Shown here: piece after piece, positions 8,783 to 18,104 of the stretch
Layout: every line of letters begins with the position of its first letter
Numbering within the stretch: position 1 is the first letter of the stretch
DNA from: an uncultured Chloroflexia bacterium
Lineage (GTDB): Bacteria; Chloroflexota; Limnocylindria; QHBO01
Assembly (NCBI GenBank): GCA_963825525.1
Contig: CAWGTN010000002.1
Span: 1,600,001-1,664,000 of the forward strand
Length of the DNA: 64,000 nt
Direction of reading: 5' to 3'
Translations under genes and position numbers: made by a program
Notes under the pieces: generated by a model
The model's input: only the letters and a program-made list of their open reading frames with translations
Databases searched by the model: none
Told to the model about the DNA's origin: nothing

Positions 8783-9214
8783 TCAGCCCTCGTCGCCGAT
8801 CCGCTCACGCCGCCGTTGTCGATGCCGCTCGTCGAGCCGCTCCCGGCGCTGTGCTTCCCACATGTCCCAGGCGCCGATCACGACGGCCAGCAGCAGCCCG
8901 CCCACCCACAGCATCGTGGCGACTCCGGGTGCGTATGCCTCCGTCGGGATCGTGCCGTCCTCGGGGAATGGAGGAACCACCGGGGTTCCCAGGAGCCCGT
9001 AGCCGAGCTGGGCGGTCAGGCCGATGGCGACCATCAGCACGCCGATCTCTATCCAGCGGTGGTGGATGATCAGGCTGATGGCGGCCACCACGATGACGAC
9101 GCCCGCGAAGGCGACGCCAAGGTCCACGGCCGCCAGCCACAGGATCCCGAGTGCGATGCCGGACCCGGCGATGGCGAGTGATACGCGGTCGAACTGTCCG
9201 ATGAATGCGCGCAT
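8783..9214 (-). CDS. Membrane protein (about 4 TM helices)
   Basis: Hydrophobic ORF with GGGAGG before ATG 9214. Confidence 0.65.
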   Translation of the reverse strand: MRAFIGQFDRVSLAIAGSGIALGILWLAAVDLGVAFAGVVIVVAAISLIIHHRWIEIGVLMVAIGLTAQLGYGLLGTPVVPPFPEDGTIPTEAYAPGVATMLWVGGLLLAVVIGAWDMWEAQRRERLDERHRQRRRERIGDEG

Positions 9215-9274
9215 GGCGTCCCTCCCTGCAATCACTCTACGACCTCCGCACGCCGACGCCTAGACTCCACTGCC

Positions 9275-11014
9275 GTGACCAATGCATCGAGCCCGTTCGC
9301 CGATCTGGCCGCCACGGCCGCCGCCGTCGGCGCAACGCGCAGCAAGAACGCGAAGCGCGATCTCCTCGCCGCGTACCTCCGCGATCTTGGTCCCGATGAC
9401 CTCGCGGCCGCCTCTGCCTTCTTCAGCGGACGGCCGCTGACTGACCCGACCGCGAAGCTCGGCATGGGCTGGGTCCAGCAGGGTGCGGCGCTCACGCGCG
9501 CCACCGGCGCCGATGACGAAAAGATCCGCGCGGCCTACCTCCGTCACTCGGACTTCGGCGATGCGGCCGGCGAGTTGCTGGCCAACGCGTCGCCGGCGGA
9601 TCCGCCGCTGACCGTGCAGGACGTGGCATCGACCTTCGCGGAGATCGCGTCCGCGTCGAATGGCGAGGCTCGGATCGCGCTGCTTGCCGACCTGTTTCAC
9701 CGTGCGGGACCCGATGGCGCCCGCTTCATCGGACGAATCTCCTCTCGCGAGACCCGCATCGGCCTGCGTGAGGGCCTGCTCGAGGAGGCCGTGGCTGCGG
9801 CGTTTGACGCGGAGCTCGCCGCCGTTCGCCGCGCGCACATGCTCACCGGCGACATCGGCGAGGCGGCGCTGTTGGCCCGCGATGGTCGCCTGGCTGACGC
9901 GGCGCTGCACATCGGCCGCCCGATCCGCTTCATGCTCGCTTCACCGCTTGCCGATGCCGACGAGGTGATGCGCCGGGTCGGCGGCGAGGCATGGATCGAG
10001 GACAAGTACGACGGCATCCGGGCGCAGCTCCACCTGCACGCCGGCGGACGGCTTCAGCTCTTCAGCCGTGACCTCAACGACGTGACGCGGTCGTTCCCCG
10101 AGATTGCCGACGTGGCCGGGGCACTGGCGTCGGCCGCGCCGCTGGTCATCGACGGCGAGCTGGTCCCGTGGCGGGAGGGATCGGTGCTCGATTTCGCATC
10201 GCTCCAGACGCGCCTGGGCCGGGTTCGCCCCTCGGCCGCGCTCCTTGCCGAGGTCCCGGTGGTGCTGGTGGCGTTCGACCTCCTCCATCACGCCGGTCGC
10301 GACATGCTCGAGGTCCCGCTCCGGGAGCGTCGCGCGGCGCTCGAGTCGCTGTCCCTGCCCGACCTCACGTCCGAGCGCATCCTGCTCGCCCACCTCGCGA
10401 CCGCCGCATCGGCCGTTGAGGTGGACCGTCACTTCGACGACGCGCGTGAGCGTCGGAACGAGGGGCTGATGATCAAGGATCCCGACTCGACGTATCAGCC
10501 GGGACGTCGGGGTCTCGGGTGGCTCAAGCTGAAGAAGGCGCTCGCCACGCTCGACTGCGTGGTGGTGGGTGTCGAGTGGGGCCACGGCAAGCGCAAGGAC
10601 GTCCTGTCCGACTACACGTTCGCGGTGCGCGACGGGGATGCCCCCGACGCCGCGCTGCTGACCATCGGCAAGGCGTACACGGGCCTGACCGATGCCGAGA
10701 TCGCCGAGATGACGCGACACTTTGCGTCGATCACGCTTCGCGACCATGGGCGCTACCGCACGGTAGTTCCGGAAGTCGTGGTGGAGATCGCGTTCGACCG
10801 GATCATGCGGTCGACTCGCCACCGGTCCGGCTTCGCCATGCGGTTCCCGCGCATCGTCCGCATCCGCGACGACAAGACGGCCGCCGAAATCGACACCCTC
10901 GCCACCGTCGAGGCTCTGTTCGGCGACCAGGCAACCGGACGGATTCTGCTGGCCACCGGTGCATCCGGCGAGACGGAGCGCATCACGGCCACGGGAGAAG
11001 CCGGCGACCTATGA
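9275..11014 (+). CDS. ATP-dependent DNA ligase (LigB/archaeal type: DBD, adenylation and OB domains)
   Basis: Motif I EDKYDG, III IDGEL, IIIa VAFDLL, IV EGLMIK, V WLKLK and VI RFPRIVRIRDDK are all intact. Confidence 0.95.
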   Translation: MTNASSPFADLAATAAAVGATRSKNAKRDLLAAYLRDLGPDDLAAASAFFSGRPLTDPTAKLGMGWVQQGAALTRATGADDEKIRAAYLRHSDFGDAAGELLANASPADPPLTVQDVASTFAEIASASNGEARIALLADLFHRAGPDGARFIGRISSRETRIGLREGLLEEAVAAAFDAELAAVRRAHMLTGDIGEAALLARDGRLADAALHIGRPIRFMLASPLADADEVMRRVGGEAWIEDKYDGIRAQLHLHAGGRLQLFSRDLNDVTRSFPEIADVAGALASAAPLVIDGELVPWREGSVLDFASLQTRLGRVRPSAALLAEVPVVLVAFDLLHHAGRDMLEVPLRERRAALESLSLPDLTSERILLAHLATAASAVEVDRHFDDARERRNEGLMIKDPDSTYQPGRRGLGWLKLKKALATLDCVVVGVEWGHGKRKDVLSDYTFAVRDGDAPDAALLTIGKAYTGLTDAEIAEMTRHFASITLRDHGRYRTVVPEVVVEIAFDRIMRSTRHRSGFAMRFPRIVRIRDDKTAAEIDTLATVEALFGDQATGRILLATGASGETERITATGEAGDL

Positions 11015-11021
11015 TTCGCCG

Positions 11022-11801
11022 ATGAGCGAGCTTCCCGAGCATGTCCGTCGCAACCGCGAGGCATGGGATGAGATGGCTGCGGGCTTCGTGGCCAACGGCG
11101 AGCGCAGCTGGGCGACCGACGAGTTCACCTGGGGCGTGTGGGGCGTCCCGGAGTCGGAGCTCCGGGCACTTCCGGCGGACGTCGAGGGCAAGGATGTGAT
11201 CGAGCTCGGCTGCGGGACCGCCTACGTCTCGGCGTGGCTCGCCCGACGAGGGGCTCGGCCGGTCGGGATCGACAACAGCCCCAAGCAGCTCGAGACGGCG
11301 CGCCGCCTCCAGGCCGAGCACGGGTTGGACTTCCCGCTGCTGCTCGGCAGCGCCGAGGAGGTCCCGTACCCGGACGAGAGCTTCGACATCGCCATCAGCG
11401 AATACGGCGCCTCGATCTGGGCCGATCCGGACCGCTGGATTCCGGAGGCAGCTCGGCTGCTGCGACCCGGTGGGGAGCTGGTGTTCCTGGTGAACGGCGT
11501 CTTCTTCATCCTCACGGTGCCGGATACGAATGACGAGGGCCCGGCCACCGAACGACTGCTGCGCCCCTACTTCGGGATGCGTCGGTTCGAATGGCCCGAC
11601 GACCCCGGGGTGGAGTTCCATCTCGGCTACGGCGACATGATCCGCGTGCTGCGCTCGAGCGGCTTCGAGGTCCTCGACCTCATCGAGGTCCGTGCGCCGG
11701 AGGGTGGCACCACCAACGACCATCTCCAGGATCCGGCCTGGGCACGTCGATGGCCGTCGGAGGAGATCTGGAAGGCTCGCAAGCTCGGCCGGGTCGGGTA
11801 G
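11022..11801 (+). CDS. Class I SAM-dependent methyltransferase
   Basis: Motif I VIELGCGTA, plus SFDIAIS and RLLRPGG. Confidence 0.88.
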   Translation: MSELPEHVRRNREAWDEMAAGFVANGERSWATDEFTWGVWGVPESELRALPADVEGKDVIELGCGTAYVSAWLARRGARPVGIDNSPKQLETARRLQAEHGLDFPLLLGSAEEVPYPDESFDIAISEYGASIWADPDRWIPEAARLLRPGGELVFLVNGVFFILTVPDTNDEGPATERLLRPYFGMRRFEWPDDPGVEFHLGYGDMIRVLRSSGFEVLDLIEVRAPEGGTTNDHLQDPAWARRWPSEEIWKARKLGRVG

Positions 11802-11810
11802 GATCGGCCC

Positions 11811-12407
11811 ATGGACTCGTTCGGCGGCTTCAGCGCGGCAACGGAGAAGAAGGTCGACCTGCTGACCGACTCGTATCGGATCTCGGGGGTGATCCTCACC
11901 CGGTTCACGCGGGTGACCGACATCCTCAACCAGGTGACCGGCAGCCACCTCACCGTCGGGCAGGCGACGATCAGCGAGCATGCCGACCCGAGCGCGACAC
12001 AGTCGGCCCCCACGGTCAACGTCGAGCTGTCGTCGATCCTCGTGCTCGTCGCGCCGGAGCTCGTGGGCTCGGCGAGCTCGGAGATGCGCGTGCCGAAGCG
12101 ACCCGTTCGTGCCCAGCTGGCCATCCCCCCGCTGCGGTGCACGGGGACGATCCACGTGGCCCAGGGCAGCCGGCCGCTCGACGGCCTTCTCAACCTGACC
12201 GATCGGTTCATCGCCATGACCGACGTGCAGGTTGAGTCGGGGCCGTATCCGCAGCTCGCGCGAAGCGCGGACGTCGTTGCCGTCGCCCGCGCGCGGGCGC
12301 AGCTGCTCCTGGTGGTCGATGACGAACGGCCCGATGAGCTCCTTGCGGACGTGCTCGACCAGCAGACCGCCCAGACATGGCTGCGCACGGACGACGGCGA
12401 CCGCTGA
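11811..12407 (+). CDS. Hypothetical protein with two tandem beta repeats (DUF6812-like)
   Basis: Two similar halves, YRISG...RVTDILN and CTGTIHV...RPLDGLLN...FIAMTD. Family assignment is from recollection. Confidence 0.65.
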   Translation: MDSFGGFSAATEKKVDLLTDSYRISGVILTRFTRVTDILNQVTGSHLTVGQATISEHADPSATQSAPTVNVELSSILVLVAPELVGSASSEMRVPKRPVRAQLAIPPLRCTGTIHVAQGSRPLDGLLNLTDRFIAMTDVQVESGPYPQLARSADVVAVARARAQLLLVVDDERPDELLADVLDQQTAQTWLRTDDGDR

Positions 12408-12416
12408 CAGCCCGCG

Positions 12417-13172
12417 TCAGGAAGAGTGTCGTACCTCACGGCCACGTGACAGCTCGATCCTGGTGGTCTCCGCCGCATCCAGCACGGCCGAAATGAGGGC
12501 CCGACCCGCGACCGGATCGAGGCGGCGGGCACGGCCGATCGCGTTGGCCCACCACGGTGCGTTGTCGGCGGTGACGATCTCGTCCTCCGGTTCCTCCAGG
12601 ACGATCTTGGAACCGCGCAGCGGGAAGACGGCGACGCCGCGGACCGGCACGTTCGCGATTCCGACCTGGCTCGCCCAGCGCGCCACCCCCTCGGCGAGAC
12701 CGCCCGCGTCGTGGCTGGGATTGGTCCGGCAGCGGATCCAACCCCGGTTGCCTCCCGCGTCGAACTCCCAGCGGCGTCCGCGGACGCGGTAGTTGCCATC
12801 CCAGTCCCGCACGGTGAGTGCGCGGACGCCGGCCGGCCCGATGAGCAGGCCGTCGAGGCGCGCGGCGTCCCGGATGGGCAGTCGGGGGCCGATGACCAGG
12901 GTGTACGTGTCATCGAAGGCCGGCGCGAGCAGGCGTTCGACCAGCGCTCCGGCGGACCGGGACCGGCCGGGCAGGACCAGCCTGGCGAGCCACACGGCTC
13001 CCACGCCAAGGCCGACGGCGGCCACCATTCCCATTGGGCCGATGAGGCCGGGCGTCCCCCTGCCCGCAACGAGCGCAATGATCGTGGCGAGCACACCGGT
13101 CAGGGTCATGGCCACGGCCACGAGGAGCGCGCGGGCACGGTGTGGTGAGGGCGCTGGCCGGATCACGCGCAT
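12417..13172 (-). CDS. Membrane-anchored NERD (nuclease-related) domain protein
   Basis: Two N-terminal TM helices, then a NERD-like core LDGLLIGPAGVRALTVRDWDG...NP. Several acidic/Lys positions look degenerate. Confidence 0.7.
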   Translation of the reverse strand: MRVIRPAPSPHRARALLVAVAMTLTGVLATIIALVAGRGTPGLIGPMGMVAAVGLGVGAVWLARLVLPGRSRSAGALVERLLAPAFDDTYTLVIGPRLPIRDAARLDGLLIGPAGVRALTVRDWDGNYRVRGRRWEFDAGGNRGWIRCRTNPSHDAGGLAEGVARWASQVGIANVPVRGVAVFPLRGSKIVLEEPEDEIVTADNAPWWANAIGRARRLDPVAGRALISAVLDAAETTRIELSRGREVRHSS

Positions 13173-13204
13173 GCTTCCATCCCACTCTCGTCTAGGCTGG
13201 TGAC

Positions 13205-13678
13205 ATGTCGATCACCATTCATGCGTCGGTTGATGCTGACGCGAACCGCGTCGAGGCCCGAATCTCGGAGACGGCCATGGTCACCATGGATTCGGATACT
13301 CGCGATGCGCCCGCGGGCGGCCCGAAGGGGGTGCTGCTCACCGCGCTGGCGGGCTGCACAGGCCTGGACGTGGTGAGCATTCTCCTCAAGAAGCGCCAGC
13401 GCATCGGGACGTACGAGATCTCGGTGCGCGGCGAGGTCGCCGCCGAGCATCCGCGGGTCTTCACGACCATCGAGGTCGAACACCAGGTCGTGGGTGAGGT
13501 GGCTCCCGAGGCGCTGCGCCGCTCGATCGAGCTGTCCGCCACGCGCTACTGCCCGGTCAACGCCATGCTCTCGGCCTCCGCGACGGTCGAGCACCATTAT
13601 CGGTTGACCGATGCCGCCGGCGCGGAGCACGCGGCGCTGGTCGCGGTCACCGGACCAGACGGCTCGCGGGTCCTGTAG
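13205..13678 (+). CDS. OsmC family protein
   Basis: Two-Cys motif LLTALAGCT...YCPV, plus HPRVFT. Confidence 0.9.
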   Translation: MSITIHASVDADANRVEARISETAMVTMDSDTRDAPAGGPKGVLLTALAGCTGLDVVSILLKKRQRIGTYEISVRGEVAAEHPRVFTTIEVEHQVVGEVAPEALRRSIELSATRYCPVNAMLSASATVEHHYRLTDAAGAEHAALVAVTGPDGSRVL

Positions 13679-13695
13679 GCCGGCTCCAGGGCGGG

Positions 13696-14088
13696 TCACG
13701 ACGCGCTGCGAAGCTCCCGGCCGCGCTCCAGCGCTTCCTCGACGGCGAGGCGGAAGGTGTCGAGATCGAAGGGCTTCGGCACGACCGGTCCCAGGGGTCC
13801 CAGCTCGGCCAGCCGTTCGCGGCTGGCTGCCGACACGATGATGGCCGGAATGCCGGGCCAGGCGCTGCGCAACAGCTCGGTGATGTCGCCTCCATCCCCG
13901 TCGGGGAGCATGACGTCGACCACGAGCAGGTGAGGAAGTGCCACGTCCATGAGGTCACCAAGCTCGACGATTCGCGTGCAGGTCACAACGCCGAAGCCCA
14001 TCTCCCGCAGGAGATCGGCCTCGAGCGCGGCGATGTCGGGATCGTCCTCGAGGACGTAGGCGCGCTGGGCACCGGTGAGTTCGTTCAT
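13696..14088 (-). CDS. Single-domain response regulator (receiver only)
   Basis: Motifs VLEDD, DVMLPDGDG (phospho-Asp), IIVSA and KPF. Confidence 0.88.
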   Translation of the reverse strand: MNELTGAQRAYVLEDDPDIAALEADLLREMGFGVVTCTRIVELGDLMDVALPHLLVVDVMLPDGDGGDITELLRSAWPGIPAIIVSAASRERLAELGPLGPVVPKPFDLDTFRLAVEEALERGRELRSAS

Positions 14089-14248
14089 TGCGCACAGTCT
14101 TATGGAGGTCATCGGCAAGGTCCAGTGGACCTTCCGGTTGGTACCCATGGGGTACCGGCCAATTTGCAGGCTCGGTGTACCATCACGGCCCGCGTTCGGG
14201 CACGCAGGGCACGGCGGGCCGCAGCGCAGCACAGGAGCACGAGACGGT

Positions 14249-15175
14249 ATGGCGCGATCCATGTGGCGGGGGGCGATCCAGTTCGGACTGGTGACGATCC
14301 CGGTCAAGCTCTACCTGGCCACCGAGCAGGGAAGCATCGGCTTCAACCTGCTTCATGCCAGCTGCCTCAATCGCATCCAGATGAAGGTGTACTGCCCGTA
14401 TCACGACGAGGTCATTCCACGTTCGGAGACCGTTCGTGGCTACGAGTGGAGCAAGGGCAAGTACGTGGTCGTGACCGAGGAGGACATCGACTCGGTGCCG
14501 CTCAAGACGATGCGGGCCATCGAGATCGAGATGTTCATCAACAGTTCCCGGGACGCCGCAGGCACCCAGTTCGTCAAGCAGGCGTACTACCTGGAGCCCG
14601 AGCAGATCGGCGCCAAGGCGTTCTACCTGCTGAAGTCGGTGCTTGCCGAGCAGAACAAGAGCGCAATCTGCAAGATCGTGCTCAAGGACCGCGAGCAGCT
14701 GGCCGCGCTGAACCCGTTCAGCAATTCCATGCTCCTGACCACCCTCCACTGGCCGGACGAGGTCCGGGCCATGGACGAGCTCAACCTCCCCGAGGATGAG
14801 ATCGAGATCAAGGCCAGCGAGAAGAAGATGGCCGAGCAGCTGGTGGCCAGCATGACCGGCGACTTCAGCGCCGATGACTACCAGGACGACTACCGCCAGG
14901 CGCTGATGGCCGTGATCGAGCGCAAGGTCGCCGGCGAGAAGCCCGAGCCTGCTCAGCGCACGGAGCCGACGAACATCACCGACCTCATGGCGGCTCTCGA
15001 GGCATCAGTTGCGGCCGCTCGCCACGACCGCACGACCGAGGCCGAGCCCAAGGCGGCGGCAGCCAAGCCCCGTCCCAAGGTGGCGGCCAAGGGCAAGGCA
15101 AAGGCGAAGGTCGCAGCGAAGGTTGCCGCCGCGGAGGAAGAGGCACCGCGGCAGCGACGGCGCAAGACAGCCTGA
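14249..15175 (+). CDS. ku: Ku protein (NHEJ end-binding) with a basic C-terminal tail
   Basis: Motifs MARSMWRGAIQFGLVTIPVKLY, RGYE, YYLEP and DLMAALEASV, then a Lys/Ala-rich tail. AGGAG upstream. Confidence 0.95.
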   Translation: MARSMWRGAIQFGLVTIPVKLYLATEQGSIGFNLLHASCLNRIQMKVYCPYHDEVIPRSETVRGYEWSKGKYVVVTEEDIDSVPLKTMRAIEIEMFINSSRDAAGTQFVKQAYYLEPEQIGAKAFYLLKSVLAEQNKSAICKIVLKDREQLAALNPFSNSMLLTTLHWPDEVRAMDELNLPEDEIEIKASEKKMAEQLVASMTGDFSADDYQDDYRQALMAVIERKVAGEKPEPAQRTEPTNITDLMAALEASVAAARHDRTTEAEPKAAAAKPRPKVAAKGKAKAKVAAKVAAAEEEAPRQRRRKTA

Positions 15176-15186
15176 CGCGGCGGGAC

Positions 15187-15885
15187 GTGCCCGGAGACCA
15201 GCTGGACCTCTCGATTGCGGCGGCCGCCGCCGACCGCCTGCCTCCGCGCGTGTCCCCCATGCAACCCACGGCCGGCGCCGGGCCGTTCGATGACCCCGAC
15301 TACCTGTTCGAGGCGTGGTGGCCGGGGATCCGTGCACAGGCCTGGGTGGAGGATGGAACGCTCGTGCGGCTCCGAGCCGAGGGCCTGGCCGATGCCCTGA
15401 CCACGTTCGCGGAGCTCACCGAGGAGCTGCCCGAGCGACTCCTGGACGATGGCGTGATCCTCGATGGCTGGCTGCTCGCCCTCGACGACGGGGGGTGGCT
15501 CGACACCGACCTTCTCCGCCGCCGGTTGTCCGGCGATCGGGCCGCCGGCCGCCCGGCTTTCGTTGCCTCCGATCTGCTCTGGTGCGGTGGTGTCGACTGG
15601 CAGCGTCGGGCGTTCTCGTCGCGCCGTGCAAGATTGGAGGGCGTTCTACAGGACGGCGACCGGTGCGTGGTGTCGCATGCCCTCCGCGGGGAGGGAACGC
15701 TACTGGCCGAGGCCCTGGCCCGGTTCGGCCTCGGCGCCATCAGCGCGCGCCGCCTCGATGCGCGCTACCGCACCGGTTCGGCCGGCGATGCGTGGCTCCG
15801 GCTGCCCCTGGCTCCGGAGCCGGTCACCGAGCGGCCGCGGCTGGCACTCATCCAGCGGCTCCCTTTCCCGGACGACGCTCCCTAG
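15187..15885 (+). CDS. LigD-type ATP-dependent ligase adenylation domain, catalytically degenerate, no OB domain
   Basis: Scaffold PMQP...PFDDPDYLFE, GIRA, VILDG, DLLW, RRARLE, YR.G...WL is recognisable, but motif I KxDG reads WWPG. Confidence 0.8.
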   Translation: MPGDQLDLSIAAAAADRLPPRVSPMQPTAGAGPFDDPDYLFEAWWPGIRAQAWVEDGTLVRLRAEGLADALTTFAELTEELPERLLDDGVILDGWLLALDDGGWLDTDLLRRRLSGDRAAGRPAFVASDLLWCGGVDWQRRAFSSRRARLEGVLQDGDRCVVSHALRGEGTLLAEALARFGLGAISARRLDARYRTGSAGDAWLRLPLAPEPVTERPRLALIQRLPFPDDAP

Positions 15886-18104
15886 GGAAGCACCCGTTCG
15901 AGGGTCCACGGGAATGGCGGGCGCGTGGCGAGCCGGAACGCCGCCGGCACGTACCCGTCCAGCGGATAGGCCCGGAAGCTCCCGATCTCGAGGACGGTGG
16001 ACGGCACCCCGACCTCGAGGTCGCGGCTGGGGAATGCGCGGCCGCGGACCGCGCTGGCAACGCGGATGGCATCCTCGGTCGGCTCACCCCACGCCGAGCG
16101 CAGGACGACGTTGATGTCGTGGGTGCGGACGTCCTCGGACCGCGCCTGGAGTGCCGTTGCGAGCCATTGATCGGCTTCCGCACGCTCGTCGAGCATGGCG
16201 TGGGCCAATGCGCGCACCGCCGGATCCTCGAACTCGGTGGGCTGGAACGGCTCGCCGCTGGCGTGGCGCGCCAGGAGCAGGTTCAGCTGCCAGGTCGCCT
16301 CCGCGATCTCCGGGATCGTCCCGTCACCGATCGTCACCGTCCGGGGCCAGTCGACCACGAACGACGTGGTGGGTTGGGTCAGCAGCGAGAGGCGGTACGC
16401 GGAGTCGGCTGCATCGGCCTGGCCAAGTCGGTCGAGGAGCAGTGCCGCGTTGAGGAGATCCGGGGCGAGGTAGCGGGCGGTGGCCGCGGCACGATGCCCC
16501 GCCTCGATGGCGCAGGTCGTCTCCTCGCGCTGCTCGCACAGGAGCCCGCGATTGATCCAGGCCGTGGAGTCACCGGGGTTGAGGACGGTCGCCTGCTCGG
16601 CAGCCTCAGCTGCCAGATCCGTCTGCCGATTCGCCGCCGCGGCGACGCTCAGGGCACGCGGCCCCGCAGGATGCCACGGGTCGATCTCCACGGCCCGAGC
16701 CAGCCAGGCGCTGGATGCGCTCCAGTCGCTGGACCCGGCGGCGTCAGTGCCCGCCCGATAGGCGATCGCACCGGCATCGGCGACGACCATGGCCCAGCCG
16801 AGGACGAGGCTCATGCCGGCGCCTCCGGCGATCAGCACGCCCCGGCGCGCCATCGTCCGGAACCTCAGCGGTCGCCATGCCACCGCCCCGGCATCGGTCA
16901 GCGCCACGGCCACCAGGAGTATCACGAGCAGGTCGAATCCCGGAAGGAATGTCAGATCCTCGAACAGCCCGCCGATCCCCAGGCCGATGAGGACCACCGC
17001 CGCCGCTCGGCCGGCCGTCGTGCGGCTGCGCCACGGACCGGCGACCGCCACCAGCGTCCCCACCACGACCAGTGCCGCGACCAGCCCCACGATCCCCGCG
17101 TCGCCCAGCACGCCGAGGAGCAGGTTGTGCGAGTGTGGCTGCCGGACCGGGAAGCTGAAGTCCGCCGCCGCGGCCTGTCGCGCGTAGGGCATGAATCCGG
17201 GCCCGATCCCGAAGACGGGGTCGCTGCCCCACGCGACGAGGGTGTCGCGCCACAGGGCGCCGCGATATAGCAGCGAGGTCACCGCCGTGACCCGGGGCAG
17301 GACGAAGACCAGGCCGATGCCGATGACGGCCAGGGCGGCCGCCGATGCAGCCAGGCCCGTGCCCGTCACCCGCCGCGGCCAATGGAGTCGACCGCGGCGC
17401 GACCAGGCCCATGGCACTCCGGCGATCACCGAGGCAACGGCGATGGCGAGCCAGGCGGACCGTGATCCGGACAGGACGACGAGCGGAGCGCCCACCGCCA
17501 CCAGGCCGATTCGGACCGTCCGTCGCAGGCCGTCGTGCTCGATGAGTCCGGCGAGTGCCCACGCCGGGATGAGGACGAACGGAGGCACCGCCACCGACCC
17601 GAAGGGCGTCCCCTCGGCGGGCAGCCGCAGTGGCGGGAGCCCCGGAGCCCCGACCAGCACCCACTCGATGCGACGGGCCACCAGGACGCCGAGGGTCGGA
17701 ATCGAGAGCGCGAGGATCGGCACGCTGGTGACGAGCCCAACCCACGTCGGGCGGTGCCGGATCGCGATGAGGGCAACCGGAAGCATGGCGGCGAACGCGG
17801 TGATGGTGGCCATCGCACGAAGGCTCATGCCAAGATTGAGCGCGCCAAGGGTGGCGAGCGCGAACGCCGCCAGCAGGCCGAGGAGCGGCAACTCGAGCGG
17901 GGTTCGCGGCATGACGTGGCCGCGCACGGCGAGCACCAGGACGCCACCCACCGCACCGATCGCCAGCAGGTGGAGCAGCAGCTGCAGGCGCGCGTCCCAC
18001 AGCGCGCCATCCCAGCCGACGTACGAGAATACGGCGATCGCCGCGGCAAGGGCCAGCCAGGCGCCGGGTCCGGCGCTGGGTCGGGTTGCGGACGGGTGGC
18101 TCAT
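15882..18104 (-). CDS. O-antigen ligase (Wzy_C/WaaL) family membrane protein with C-terminal TPR-like repeats
   Basis: Many TM helices with LSGSRSAWLA, R..LW, PVFGIGPG and HSHNLLL...GIVG, followed by a helical repeat region. Confidence 0.85.
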   Translation of the reverse strand: MSHPSATRPSAGPGAWLALAAAIAVFSYVGWDGALWDARLQLLLHLLAIGAVGGVLVLAVRGHVMPRTPLELPLLGLLAAFALATLGALNLGMSLRAMATITAFAAMLPVALIAIRHRPTWVGLVTSVPILALSIPTLGVLVARRIEWVLVGAPGLPPLRLPAEGTPFGSVAVPPFVLIPAWALAGLIEHDGLRRTVRIGLVAVGAPLVVLSGSRSAWLAIAVASVIAGVPWAWSRRGRLHWPRRVTGTGLAASAAALAVIGIGLVFVLPRVTAVTSLLYRGALWRDTLVAWGSDPVFGIGPGFMPYARQAAAADFSFPVRQPHSHNLLLGVLGDAGIVGLVAALVVVGTLVAVAGPWRSRTTAGRAAAVVLIGLGIGGLFEDLTFLPGFDLLVILLVAVALTDAGAVAWRPLRFRTMARRGVLIAGGAGMSLVLGWAMVVADAGAIAYRAGTDAAGSSDWSASSAWLARAVEIDPWHPAGPRALSVAAAANRQTDLAAEAAEQATVLNPGDSTAWINRGLLCEQREETTCAIEAGHRAAATARYLAPDLLNAALLLDRLGQADAADSAYRLSLLTQPTTSFVVDWPRTVTIGDGTIPEIAEATWQLNLLLARHASGEPFQPTEFEDPAVRALAHAMLDERAEADQWLATALQARSEDVRTHDINVVLRSAWGEPTEDAIRVASAVRGRAFPSRDLEVGVPSTVLEIGSFRAYPLDGYVPAAFRLATRPPFPWTLERVLP

